In this document: positions 13,060 to 24,764 of the stretch, piece by piece
Position numbering within the stretch: the first letter of the stretch is position 1
Layout: every line of letters begins with the position of its first letter
DNA from: Monocercomonoides exilis PA203
Taxonomy: Eukaryota > Protista > Preaxostyla
Direction of reading: 5' to 3'
Assembly (NCBI GenBank): GCA_001643675.2
Contig: LSRY02000005.1
Coordinates: 620,001-684,000, forward strand
DNA length: 64,000 nucleotides
Notes under the pieces: model-generated
What the model saw: only the letters and a program-made list of their open reading frames with translations
Told to the model about the DNA's origin: nothing
The model's database searches: none
Made by a program: the position numbers and the translations under genes

Positions 13060-16000
13060 AACCATAACATAATATGATGATGAGTTGTTTTGTTTTTATT
13101 TTTTTGTTCTGTGCAAACTTATCCAGTGATGTTGGAGAATTCGATTTCCTTGAAAAACCCATACAGAGAGGCTTCAGAAAAGATATTGTTGTTCATGATA
13201 TTTTTGAAGAATACTGCGATTGTGAAAGAAATCGAGAGTGTCTTGCTGAGAACGCATGCCTTCATCAATCACACGAAATTCACAAGGACAATAGAAAGCA
13301 CTCATATGAACTTGCATCCGTTTCAGCACCAGTTTCTATCTGCAATTCTTCTTTGAGTTTTTATTCCCTTCAATTAAATTCCGAAGGAAATGATGCAGTT
13401 GCATCGTTGTCTGACCAATCAACGTTTTTTGTGGGCAATTGTCTGCTTTCTTTGCCCCAAGTGTCGGGTGCCGATTTTGTTCATTCGTGGGGTGGGTCGA
13501 TGTGCTTTTTCAATTTGTCGTTGGCTCTGTCTGGACCGAACTGCCTTGTCCATTCGCTGATTTCGTTTCCTGAAGCAAGCACACAGCAGGCACATCGAAA
13601 TAGCATCAAGCTCATGGGCTCTTCGTTTTCGTCCTTCAGACTGTTTGATTCGCAACCGCTTGTCCAATCTTCGTGCTGTGATGTGATAAAGATTGAGCTC
13701 TGCTCCTTTGAAAACATATCTCAAGAGCATGCAAGGAGCAACGTTTCTTCTGCACAATGCTCGTCATTCACATTAGCATCGTGCATTATTTGCTCAATTG
13801 TCAACCCAACAGAAGGCTGCATTGCACCAAGAATATCAGATGGATCACTTCATTTTTTGAATTCTTCGTTTTTGAGATGCTCCAAAACTGCTGGCCAGAA
13901 AATTAATCACACAGGTTCGGAGGACACACTTGTGGACAACTGCTTGTATGAGAATGTTAGTGACAAAGTCATATCACATGATTCAACTGGTTCTTGCATT
14001 GTGACAAATACAGACTTTATGAATGGAACAGCATGCACGTGTATCTTTGAAAGAAATAGCAGCGAAACTCAATCTTTGAACAACTCTTTCAATTCAATAA
14101 CAACTCCCATTTACGCATCATGTTTAAATCTTTGTCGGGGAACGGGTCCAATGGCAGTCCAAAACAACAATATGACTTCTTGCGAAGCAAGTTGGGGCGG
14201 AGGTTGTTGCCATTTTCATAATGGATTTTCAAATGATGACATCATATCAGATTGTTCATTTAAGAATTGTTTTGTAACTGAAACAAATTCAGTTTGTCAT
14301 GGGGGAGGAGCTATTTGGAATGGAGAAGGGGCAAAAGTGTCGTATTCAAATGTTGCTTTTGAAAACTGCTGCGCCAATGAAACAGTTGGAGGGGCAATCT
14401 ATTTTGATTCAAGAGAAATATCTTTGATGCATCACAGTTCACTTTCTTATTGCCTATTTGTTGATTGCAATGCACTTGGTGATGGAAAAGATATCTATGC
14501 AGAAAATCCATGGAATAATATATTGAATGAGGATAGTTTTGTTTCATGTTGGACTAATGCATCCTCTGAGTCAAATCGTTTGGTATTTGCAATTTATGGA
14601 GATAAAACATCATGGATCAGAAAACCGAGACATATATTTGCATCTATGACTGGTGTGAACAAATTTTCATGCGGCTGGGAGAATTCACCTTGTCAAACAT
14701 TATCATATTCAATTGACACAGCTTTTGCATCAAACAAAACATTTCCAATTCACATTAAAATTGGAGCAGGAGTTTATACAGAGAAACCGCTTGTGATTGA
14801 TTCTAAATATCTGGTTTTTGAAGGATCAAGCTATTTTGGAACAAAGTTGAGTGCCAGTTCTGTGAATGCCAAAGCGCTTGTTGAAGTGTCATCTGGGTAT
14901 GCCTCTATGCTCGGGTTACTCATCATCAGAAACTCTTCTGCGTCGACTGATCTGCCGTTGTTCTCTGTTTCTTCAGCATCTGGAGAGCTTGTGCTCTGCT
15001 TGTGCAAAATATCAGCTGAACCATCGCAAGTTTCTCCATTCACAACAGCATTTGCAGCAGTGTCGGCTGGTCTCTTGAATGTGTCGAGCACGACTGTTGA
15101 GTCGATGATATTTTCGGATGTGTCAGCTGTTAGGATGGAGTCGTCGACACTGCACTGCTTCAATTTCGAGAATGCGAGTTTCAGAGGCATCACGCGAAGC
15201 GAAGGGAGCGGATCGGTGTTTGATGTGACTTTGGGGAGTGGGGATGAATTAGATTTGGATGAGGTGTCATTCAGCGGATGTGTGTGCAGCAAAGGGGATG
15301 GAGGGTCTGTGAGCTGTGTTCTGGAGGGAGGTGGGAGATTGATGCTTGGCGCCACAAAAAGAATTGAAATGGAGGGATGCGCAGTGCCGCAGGACAGCAT
15401 CAGGAAAGGAAAAGGGGGAGGAGTGCATCTGAAAGTGGCAGGGAGTTCGTCGAGCTTTGCGATATGTGATGTTGGGTTTGATGTGTGCACAGCGTGGAAG
15501 GGAAACAACATATTTGTTGATGCGATCTCGTTGAGTGTGTCGATAACAAGGAGCACATTCGGGTTTGTGGAGACAGGGATGAGTGACGATGATCTGATGG
15601 GGTTTGAAGAGGAGTGGAGGACAGATCCAGTTCCGCTTCTGGCATATCTGCAGGTGTTCTCGGGGGCAGCGGTTGTTGGAGGAGCGAAAAGGCGAGATTT
15701 CTCGGGGTGTGGGACAGCGAACTATCCGTGTGGGAGCATTGGATATGCAGCAGGACTTCGGTTTGGGAGCAGGAAAAGGATAATCACGCTGAATGGAGAC
15801 TTTGAATGGACAGAGTCGGTGGTGTTTGATGCGTTTGGGTGGGAGGTGAAAAGTCCCACGAGAGGGCAAGAAACAAAAGTGTCGAGTGGAGGCACGAGCA
15901 CAGCGGAAGGGATGGTGACTGTTGAGATTGGATCGCTCATTGCGAACCTGAGTTTTTCAGCAGCTGCGGAGCTTGGGAGGCATTCTTGCTTCATATTGTG

Positions 16001-19000
16001 CCAGTGTGGTGAGCTGTCGATGGCTGACTGCTCGCTGAAATGCTCATCGAGTGGAAATGTTGCATTTGGGTTTGGGTTCATAAAGATAAACGGAGGGAGC
16101 CTGCAATTGAGCAGATTTTCCACAACATCGCGGATTGTGTTTGGGTCTGGTTCGCTGATCAGTCTGTCTGGAGCAGGGATGCTGAACTGCGATGGATGCA
16201 CGATGAGGGGCATCAAGAGGGCGAGTGGAAACGGGGGGTGCATTTCGATTGAGAAGAACAGTTTGCTGGGAAACAGCGGATGCAGGGAGATAACGATTGA
16301 TGGATGCACCTTTAGTGATTGTTGTGTTGGTGGGAATGGAGGAGAAGGAGGAGGGGTGAGTGCGTGGCTGGGAGAAAATGACATTCTGGTTGTGAATGGG
16401 TCGAGCTGTTTTGAGGAATGCCTTGCGCCAAGTGAAGAAGGATCCAGTGGAAAAGGAGGAGGAATGTTTCTTTCTCTGACTGACGCAGATGCAAAGTTCG
16501 AATTATCTGGAAATTTGATATTTGATGGGAATGAGGCAGAATTTGGAAAGAATGTGTTTATTTCTGCATCAGATCTGAATAAGACTGTGACAAACGACTC
16601 ATTCAACTTTTATTATTTGTCAATGATAAATGATAAAACTCTATTTGTGGGAAGTGATAACATTCATTCAGACAAAGATTTGTTTATGTTCCTCGTTTCA
16701 TATAGCTCATTTGAGATATTTATTTCATCGAGTGGATTTGATGTTGCACGCTGTGGAAGTGAGGAAGAGCCATGTCAAACAATGTGGAAAGGGATGGAAA
16801 ACATGAAAAAGGAGATTGGAAAGAAAACAATTCAAATTGAAGGATCAACTGTTATTCAAGATACATTCAATGTTTCAAATTATCAGATCAAAAAAGCATC
16901 ATTTATGGGAGAAGAGAATACGAAAGCAACTTTGAATTTTGAAAAGGCAATTGGAAGTCAATTGGAATATTTCGTAGTGAATGAAATTCATCTTGAATTG
17001 ACAAATATCCAACTCCAATTAACATCGGGATTTGACAACTCAGCCAAAACGATAATTTCAAACAGAGAAGGAGAATTGGTGATAACTGGATGCTCATTCC
17101 ATTCAGAGGCAGGAATGAACAATGGATTTGATTGTGTTTTTGTGGATGCGATTGGAGGATGCGTGGAAGTGAATGATTTGTCGATGGAATCGTGCAATGT
17201 TGGAAACAGCATTTTTATCATCCGCGATGCTGGAATTACTTGTCATTTGATGAATGTTCGTGTGAAATCGTTGAATGAAAGTGGAGGATGTCTTCTTCTG
17301 ATCAAAGGAACTGAGTCAACAACAAAGATAAATGAAGGAGTCGAGGAAATAAATCTGCAAATTAACAATTCCTCAATTTTAGGAGTGAAGAAAAGTGACA
17401 ATGGAGCAAGCATTTTGGATTCAAAAAGTGAGAAAAAGATTTGTTTGGTTGTGAATGAGAGCAACATCACAGAAGACAAAGCCGAAGAAAGTGAAAAAGG
17501 AGGGGCAATATTCTTCGCATTGGGTGCATCAGGATCGATGAAGGTGGTTGACTCAGCAATCAGCCAATGCAGCTGCACCAATGGGAAAGGAGGAGGAGTG
17601 TATCTGGCAACAAAGGAAAGAGGAGATTTGAATTTCACATTTGTGGGGATGAAGTTCAGTGCGAACACAGCAAAAGTGGGGAATGACATTTTCATTGAAT
17701 GTTACAGCATCACATTGCAGATCAATGAAAGCCAATTTCAGTTTGATCTTCGAGAAGGCAACTTCAATCGTTTCAATGCAATATATGGGATTGATGAATG
17801 TGAAAACAAAGAAGATACAGATCTGATTGATTTTGTAACGATTCATCAAAGTGACACAATCATTGTGAGCAGTGTGAATGGATCGGATGAGAGGCAATGT
17901 GGAATCAACACTCTTCCATGTGCTTCGATTGATTATGGGCTGATGCACTTGACATCAGATTTTATGAGTCTGATGTTCATTGTTGAGGAGAGTGTGATTG
18001 ATGAAGAGACAAATCTGGAGGAGATGAGTTTGAGTTCGAAGAGCAGAGGCTTGTGCGAAGTTGAAGTGAAATCAGGGATTGAAAGGACAAGAGATGCTTT
18101 GATCACAACATGTGGAATAGTCTCATTGGTGAGAGTGAACTTTGAATTTGATTCAAATTTCATCTCTACTCATGAATCGTTGATATCACCAGAGGGAGGG
18201 ATTCTAGAAATTATGAATTGCACATTCAGTTCAAAACTATTTGAGGACGGAGTTAATGTTGAATTTGCAAACATCCCATTTCACATAATAAACATGGAAA
18301 AAGGAGAATTACAACTTTATGAATGCTCAATATCAAATCTTGTGCTTCAAAAATCGGTATTATATCTTTCATCACAACTTCCATCAGTAATTGATTCATT
18401 AACGATTTTCAATTCAACAATTTCTCATTCACTTATTGAAATTATTGAATGTGGGCGATTGGAACTTATCAATATTAATACAGAAAATATCACAGTTGAA
18501 GGAAATGAAAAATCATTGATATCTTGCTTGTCAATGAAAAGAAAATGCAATTAACAAATTGCACAATAGGCGGAGTCGGTTCAAAGACCACAAAAGGGAA
18601 ATTGATGAAAGCGGAGAATTGCACAGATGTGAAAATGGATAGTTGCATTTTTGATGGAAGTTCAAATGAAAGAAATGAACAGAATATCAATGAGGAAGAA
18701 GTGATGTGCAGATGGTCTGGATCTCTTGTAGATGTTGTGAAGAGTTCTGTTTTGATGAAAGACACAACAATCTCGAATTCACCAGAAGGTGGAATAACAA
18801 TGAGAGGAGGAAATGTGAATGTTGAAGCAGGGAATTTCTCAAACAATAATCCATCAATTGAAGGATATCCATCATTGAGAAGAAACATCATCTGTTCAGA
18901 TTCAGGAATATTGAATGTGATGAGTTTGAAAGGAGGAGATGGAGTTTTGCCAAATTCATCACTTTGGATGTTGAATGAAGGGTGCAATTTTGAAGGGATT

Positions 19001-20921
19001 ATTTCTGAGAGGGATTCATCATTCTTCATTCCTGTGTTGGAGAGTGTGGATGCAAAAGAAGAGACAGATAGAATGAAGCTGACATTCAAAGGAATGCTTC
19101 TTATTCCATGCAATCTGTCATTCTCAGTTGTGAAGAGGAAGGGAGAAGAGAAAGAGATTGAAAAACATGATTTTGATTCAAATGGATTCTTGTCAGAAAG
19201 GGAAGTTGAAGGAAGTGTGGGAAAAGATTTCATCAGCAGTTGTGGAGATGAAATCGAAGTGAGTGTGTTCATTCTGTTTGGGGATGATGATTCTTTATCT
19301 TTAACAGATTCATTCGTTTTGAAGAATGCGAGCATTACTCCACCAAAAGGAGATGAAAAAATTTTTGAAAGCGGAAAAGAAGAAAAATCATCATGGGCGT
19401 TGATAATCGCAGTTGTATTTGTTATTTTGTTTTTGATTGTTCTTATCATTGCAGTTGCCTTTATTGTTCGATGGAAAAAGCAAAAGAGAAGAACGAAAGA
19501 ATTGGAAGTGATTGTGGAAGACACAGTGAGGAAGGATCCGAAACTGATTGAGATGGTGACTATGGAGATGTCACCTGAGGAGCAGTGGAGGAGAGCAGAA
19601 AGAGAGGCAGAGAAAAAGAATGAGGAGAGGATAAAGAAGAGGGTATATGATACGAATATGGAACATTCAGAGTCATCAGAGCATTTGCTGAGTGAATGTG
19701 GTTCCACTGAATATATTTTGGGGAGAGATTCAGACAAGATTCCTCAGTGGATGCTTGAGAAGGTTGATGAAAAGGAGGAGGAAGAAGAGATAAGAAAGAG
19801 AACACCATCACCATCCATCTCATCCACTTCGACAACAGATTCTGATTCCACATTTATCCGACCAGAGAGCATGTGCCCAACCACCTCGTCGATGTCGAAT
19901 CTGGTGGATGCAATGGCCTGCTCATCACCACATGAAAAGCTGATTGTGGATCTGAGGGATTCGCTGTTCATGCTGCTGCATGGGCGGAACAAGACGAAGG
20001 AGATGGCGATCGGGACGGTGGAGGAGAGGATGGCGACAGGGGCGCAGATCCTGTTCTGGGTGGGGAATGTGGCGCTGCACTCGTTTGGGGAGATGGAAGT
20101 TCCGCTGGAGTCGCTGGACAGGCTGAGTCCGCACATTGTGCTGTTCTCGGAGCACATGGTGATCTGTGTTGTGATGCACTCGGGGAGTTCATCGTCAGAG
20201 GATTCGGACACATCGTCTGTGTCGTCGCTGAGCGTTGTCTCGTCATCGTCGAATGTGTCGGTGATGAGCGAGAGGTTCACAGACTCGCCGCCGCCGTCGT
20301 CTGCGTTTGAGGATGAAGAAGGGGAAAAGGAGTATTTGCGGTGGAGGGCGCCGGAGCTGCTGGAGGGGAGGAAGAAGCATGCGACAAAGAAGTCTGTTGT
20401 GTTTTCGATGGGGATGATGCTGTGGGAGTGTGTGGCGCTGGCGATCCCGTTTGGGGAGTATGATGCAGAAACGGCGGGAGAGAAGGTGAAGCACGGAGAG
20501 CGGCCGGGGGTGTGGCGGGAGGAGTGGGCAGCGGGGGAAGTTGTGGAGAGCATGGTGCGGCAGAAGGCGGGGGAGCGGGCGACGCTGGTGGATGTGAAGC
20601 GGGAGCTGTTCAAGCACTTTCCGTCGGGGACGGTGTTTGTGACGATTTCGGATGCAATCGACTACTATGGGTCGGGGTGGTGTGGGAGTGGAGATGGCAG
20701 GGGCGAGTCTGGAAGCAAAAGCGGAAGCGAAAGAGGAAATGAGAATGTGAAAGAGAATAAAATAAATTGAAATGGAATGAAATGGATTTGAAAGCGATCT
20801 TTTCTCTTCTTGATTTTGGATGCACTCCTTTTTGGAGAGCCACTTTATGTATGTTTTGTGGTTTGTGTTGTTGGTGTGTGTATGTAATTGTTGTTTTTGT
20901 TTCCGTTTTCAGTTGAATGTT
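13060..20921 (+). repeat. Left arm of ~7.9 kb near-identical inverted duplication (partner 38842-46728)
   Basis: The reverse complement of 38842-46728 matches from AACCATAACATAAT (14 nt before ATG) to CAGTTGAATGTT (~150 nt past the stop). The mirror-image ORF tracks are nearly identical. Confidence 0.97.
13074..20770 (+). pseudogene. Giant receptor-like surface protein (beta-helix ectodomain, TM, pseudokinase tail); copy A, split by a 1-nt deletion
   Basis: ORFs 13074-18554 and 18524-20770 together match the intact 2567-aa ORF at 39011-46714. A4 at 18537-18540 versus A5 in the other copy causes the frameshift; it could be real or a sequencing error. Confidence 0.85.
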
Positions 20922-21424
20922 TGAATTTCCCATCTTTTTATTCTAATTTGTTTGGATGCGATTATTTGGTTGAAGGTGTTTAATGAGCTTTGCATTAAAG
21001 ATGTGAGATTGTGTTTTATTATTTGTTAAAAAAAAAAACTTGAAAATCAAGCATTTCGCTCCTTGAAAAGAAATGTTTTTTTTGAAAGGTTTTTCGCATC
21101 ACAATTCACAGAAATAAGGGTTATCCATTCTGAAAATAATTATTCTCAAAAGTATTGATCTTTTATTCTGGCAAATAATAATATTTCACAGATATTGCAT
21201 TTTTCCCAGAATCGAAAAATGAAGACTTTTGTTCAATCGAAACTGTAAATTACACAAAATTTCTGCAAACTTTCATAAATTATGCTTGAAATACAATTGT
21301 GAGATTAACAACAATGATATTGTTCGAATTAGGAGTGTGCACAAAAAAGGAAATATGATAATTGCAAAAGAATGATATTATCACATCAAGTTTTTTCAAA
21401 TGGTTTATAAACACATTTTTAAAT

Positions 21425-21462
21425 AGAAAGTGTTTCATCAATTCCTTCTCTTGTTTGAGAGA
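21425..21462. repeat. 3' terminal inverted repeat of the DIRS-like element
   Basis: AGAAAGTGTTTCATCAATTCCTTCTCTTGTTTGAGAGA is the exact reverse complement of 25680-25717. Confidence 0.97.
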
Positions 21463-21467
21463 ATCAA

Positions 21468-24393
21468 TTAGTTGGATGATGAAGCCATCATTACTACCAC
21501 AGTGTGCGTCTTCTTTGCTTTGTTGCTCTCTTCCTCCTTCTTTGCTTGTGATCTTGTTCGAATAATGAATTGTTCTCCAAGTGACTTCCGTTCCTCCATC
21601 TCCTCATCAGGCTCATCCACTCTGGAAGGGAATTCAACAGTATCTTTAACTTCTTTCTCACTCAAACATGGCTTCATCAGGCGCTTCTTGTCCCTCAGTA
21701 TCATCCCAGATTCCATTGCTCGTCTATCATTATTGTTCCTCTGGTCTCTTTCTGGACTGGCGTACGCGTTGCCACCATCTTCGGCACACAGCTTGGTTGC
21801 TAACTCTTCACTGGTAAGGTTCATAGTTGAGGCAATCACTTTCCCCAAGGTTGAAGCAAGATTGGTCTTCACATAATGCTTCACCAAAATGTCTGTTCTG
21901 GGGGAAAGACGGGCAAACTTCGCAATCTGAGTTGGTGGAATTCCAGACATCGTTAGCGTTGAAAGTGTTGCAGCCTTTATTGAATAAGGAGTAAAATGGC
22001 TTGGAATTCCTGCTTCCTTCAATGTCTCCTTTGCCAATCGTCTTATTCCTTCCACTGTTAGAGGATGAAAAGTTTCGGTATTTAGAAACAATTTGTTTCC
22101 ATCTGGTCTTCTCTTTTGTATTTCTTCCCACAAAACCTGAATAGCCGAAGCTGGGCAAATTGTCGGGTTTTCATTTAAAAAAGGAACAGCAATCTCTGTT
22201 CGATTAAGCGATGTTTTGAGCCTTGTGTCCAGGTATATTCCTTCCTTTTCGAATCTTGATCTTTCCATATCTACTCTTTCCAACTCTGTAAACCTGCACG
22301 TAGTAAATTGCATGGTGAGCACAATGGCTTTCATCGTCAGATGTTTGAAACTCAAGCTCTGATTTTCTCCAAGATTAGAAAAGAATGTCAAAATGGTCTT
22401 CGGATTCCAGATCTCTTGAATCTTTTTCTTTCTTGTCATCTCCGTTCTTCAAAACCCTCTGAACAAAATTTTTATTATAGGAATATCCCCCAAATTTGTG
22501 TTGAAAACAAAGCTTGTGAAGAATGAGACCGCTGAGCGGATAAGTTGCAAACATGACAGTTTCATTCCATTGTCTTTGAGTGTAATGAAAATACTCGAAC
22601 ATCGAGCGGCCCATTCATGAATATCCTCTGGAATTATGCCCATATCACTCTTTTCCCACTGTTTTCCAAAATGCGCGAAGCCGAATAAATATCCATCCCA
22701 CGTCGACTGAGCAATTCCCGATTTTGCACTCCTCTGCCAATGAAACTGGGAAAGATCTCTCTTCCAACGCCCTTCTCCACCAGCTCTCGCCTTTCTCTCT
22801 GGTGGATTGATCAATATGACTCTCAATCTGCCTGGAGGGAGACATGCACCTGTGTTTGTCATTGATGGCCCCTTTCTCAACACTGTTCTTAGACTCCTCC
22901 ATTCGAATGTTCGATGATGTGTCTTCTCCAATAATACATTCCAGTTCTGCCCCTTCCAGTTCGGCAGGAGTAATACTACTGGTGCTCTCTCCTTCTGTGC
23001 CTTCCGAATCGTCATTGGAATCAGTGGAATTGGGGTGTGTGCCAGAACGCACTCGTTCTTCCATGGATAGGCCAGACCGTCTTCTCCCAATGGGCTTCCT
23101 ATTCCGCACCAACGCTCGACCTTGTGGTTGTGTTGAGCTGCAAAGGCGTCCAGTGTCGGAGTAACTTGAAGCACCTCCAGAATCTGAGAGAGATCTTCGT
23201 CCGTAATGCTGTAGTCTCCTGCTCTTTCCAGGTGGGACAAAGCATCGGCTCTTGTGTTCTGCAATCCGGGGAGATGAACTGCTTTCAGGACTATTTTCAA
23301 TTTCTCCTTCAATGTTTATATCCTTTTGAGTGTCGGGTGAAGATTCCTTCCTGCATTCCATTTGTTCACGTTGAAAACGACTGCCGAATTGTCTGACCGA
23401 AGTTGTAACTGTGATATCCGACTTTCTGATAGGATTGGGGCAAAATAAGTTAATGCAAGTTCTACTGCTTTTAATTCTCTGTAGTTGGATGATTGATTTT
23501 TCACGGAGAATGGAAAACGAATGTGACAATCTAGTGATATTCTGTTTATTCTGAGGGTTGCTCCCCAGGAGCATTCTGATGCATCTGTGGTTAGGACTGC
23601 TTCTGGAATAAACACTGGATTTAATCTGCGTCTGGGGTTCTTCCTCAATGTCCATCTCCATCTTCTTATCTGCTGGAGGATTGAAGCATTCAGCCTCATC
23701 ATTCCATCCCATCCGTTTGTTAAAACTCCTTTCTGCAACAATTTGAAGATTGATTGGAGGTGCAAAGATGCGTCTGGCAGAACGAAGCGTGTTGAACTGA
23801 GCTTTCCCACAAATGATGCTAAGTCCCTCACTCTGACAGTCTTGGCTCTTATGCACCTTCTCTCCCACTTGTGACACAGCTCTCGCACTGCCTTTCTTCT
23901 TTCCTTCGTTAGACACACATCGAAGCTGGTTGTGTTCCACTTGAATCCCAGGAAACTGAACTGCGAACTCGGTATGAGGTTGCACTTCTTCTTGTTTATC
24001 AGCAGACCGAGGCTTTCCAAAAATACGAATATCTCCTGTATTATGTTCTTCAAGATTTGCTGATCTTGATGCAGAAAAAGTAGGTCGTCCAAATATGCAA
24101 TAATTCTGACATTCTATCTTTTTTTTATCTCTGCTGTAACATTCCTCGTTAAATGTGTGAATAGGTGCGGTGCATCGACAAAGCCGAAAGGTGTGCCTCT
24201 GAAGGAGGAATCTTTTCCCATGAATCCGAAAGCAAAATAAAGCATTAATTCTTTTGAGACTGGGATTAAGTAATAAGCTTGTTCCAAGTCTAGGGATACA
24301 GCGTAATCCTTCCGTCTTATCAGCCGTTCTACTGTTTTCTCTCCGTCGCACTTGAAATGTGTTCTCTTCACCGCTGCATTCAGTTTCCGACAA
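21468..24393 (-). pseudogene. Tyrosine recombinase ORF of the DIRS element, with a long N-terminal extension overlapping pol in another frame
   Basis: 582-aa frame 22645-24393 overlaps RT/RH. It continues after a frameshift near 22720 (EECK/SGIAQSTWDGY, an integrase-like N-terminal helix) and through an in-frame TGA at 22449 into 21468-22439, which has CRFTEL, RLKT, ICPA, PYSIKAA and KHY. Confidence 0.85.
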
Positions 24394-24764
24394 TCGAGAA
24401 TTTGTCTCCAGCTGCCTGACTTCTTTTGAATGAGAAATACATTGTTTCTATATTTCACATCCTTCTGCTCCATCGGGATAACGACTCCTGTTCGTATTTG
24501 TTCTTCTAATATCGTCTTGAATTCCTGGATCTTTTGTTGGTTGAGCAGCAACGCTCCGTCTCTGAACTGCACTTGGCTGAGAGATTTTCTGGCTTGTTTG
24601 CTCTTCCACATGGACTGTACTCCTCTGCTTATCAATTTCTCTCCTCCGATTCGCTTCCATGCCGAGTAAAACAATGCTGTTCTTCCTCCTATATGCCTCC
24701 TCTGCTCTGTCTCCTTGTGAACTGGCTCTAAAATTGTTGACGCCCCCTTGGTCTCCTGCCCCAA
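22790..24764 (-). pseudogene. pol (reverse transcriptase, RNase H, Dam-like methyltransferase-related domain)
   Basis: ORFs 24114-24764, 23316-24092 and the start of 22449-23312 are one frame broken by TAG (24114; IKKR*NVRIIAYLDD) and TAA (23316; LKRI*TLKEK). The MT-like segment reads LDAFAAQHN...DGLAYPW...LAHTPIPLI. The 3' end is approximate. Confidence 0.88.

Noticed and set aside
14831-20617. Long antisense ORFs (241-437 aa) opposite the receptor genes, and their mirrors at 39170-44954
   Set aside because: Shadow frames of a biased coding strand; no motifs.
21300-21424. Short matches (TGATAATT, CACATTTTT) between the two flanks of the DIRS element as ICR or TSD
   Set aside because: 8-9 bp AT-rich matches in inconsistent positions are expected by chance.
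21468-22439. The YR as a dedicated invertase for the inverted twin genes
   Set aside because: It belongs to a decayed retrotransposon, is interrupted, and no recombination sites were seen at the arm boundaries. Homologous recombination would suffice for any inversion.
23316-24116. TAG and TAA in pol read as Gln (the variant code of some oxymonads), or the element imported from such a host
   Set aside because: Only two such codons in ~650. The element also has a TGA and frameshifts. Host ORFs of thousands of codons, including Gln-rich tracts, lack TAR codons, and some genes end in TAG/TAA. Ordinary decay is simpler.
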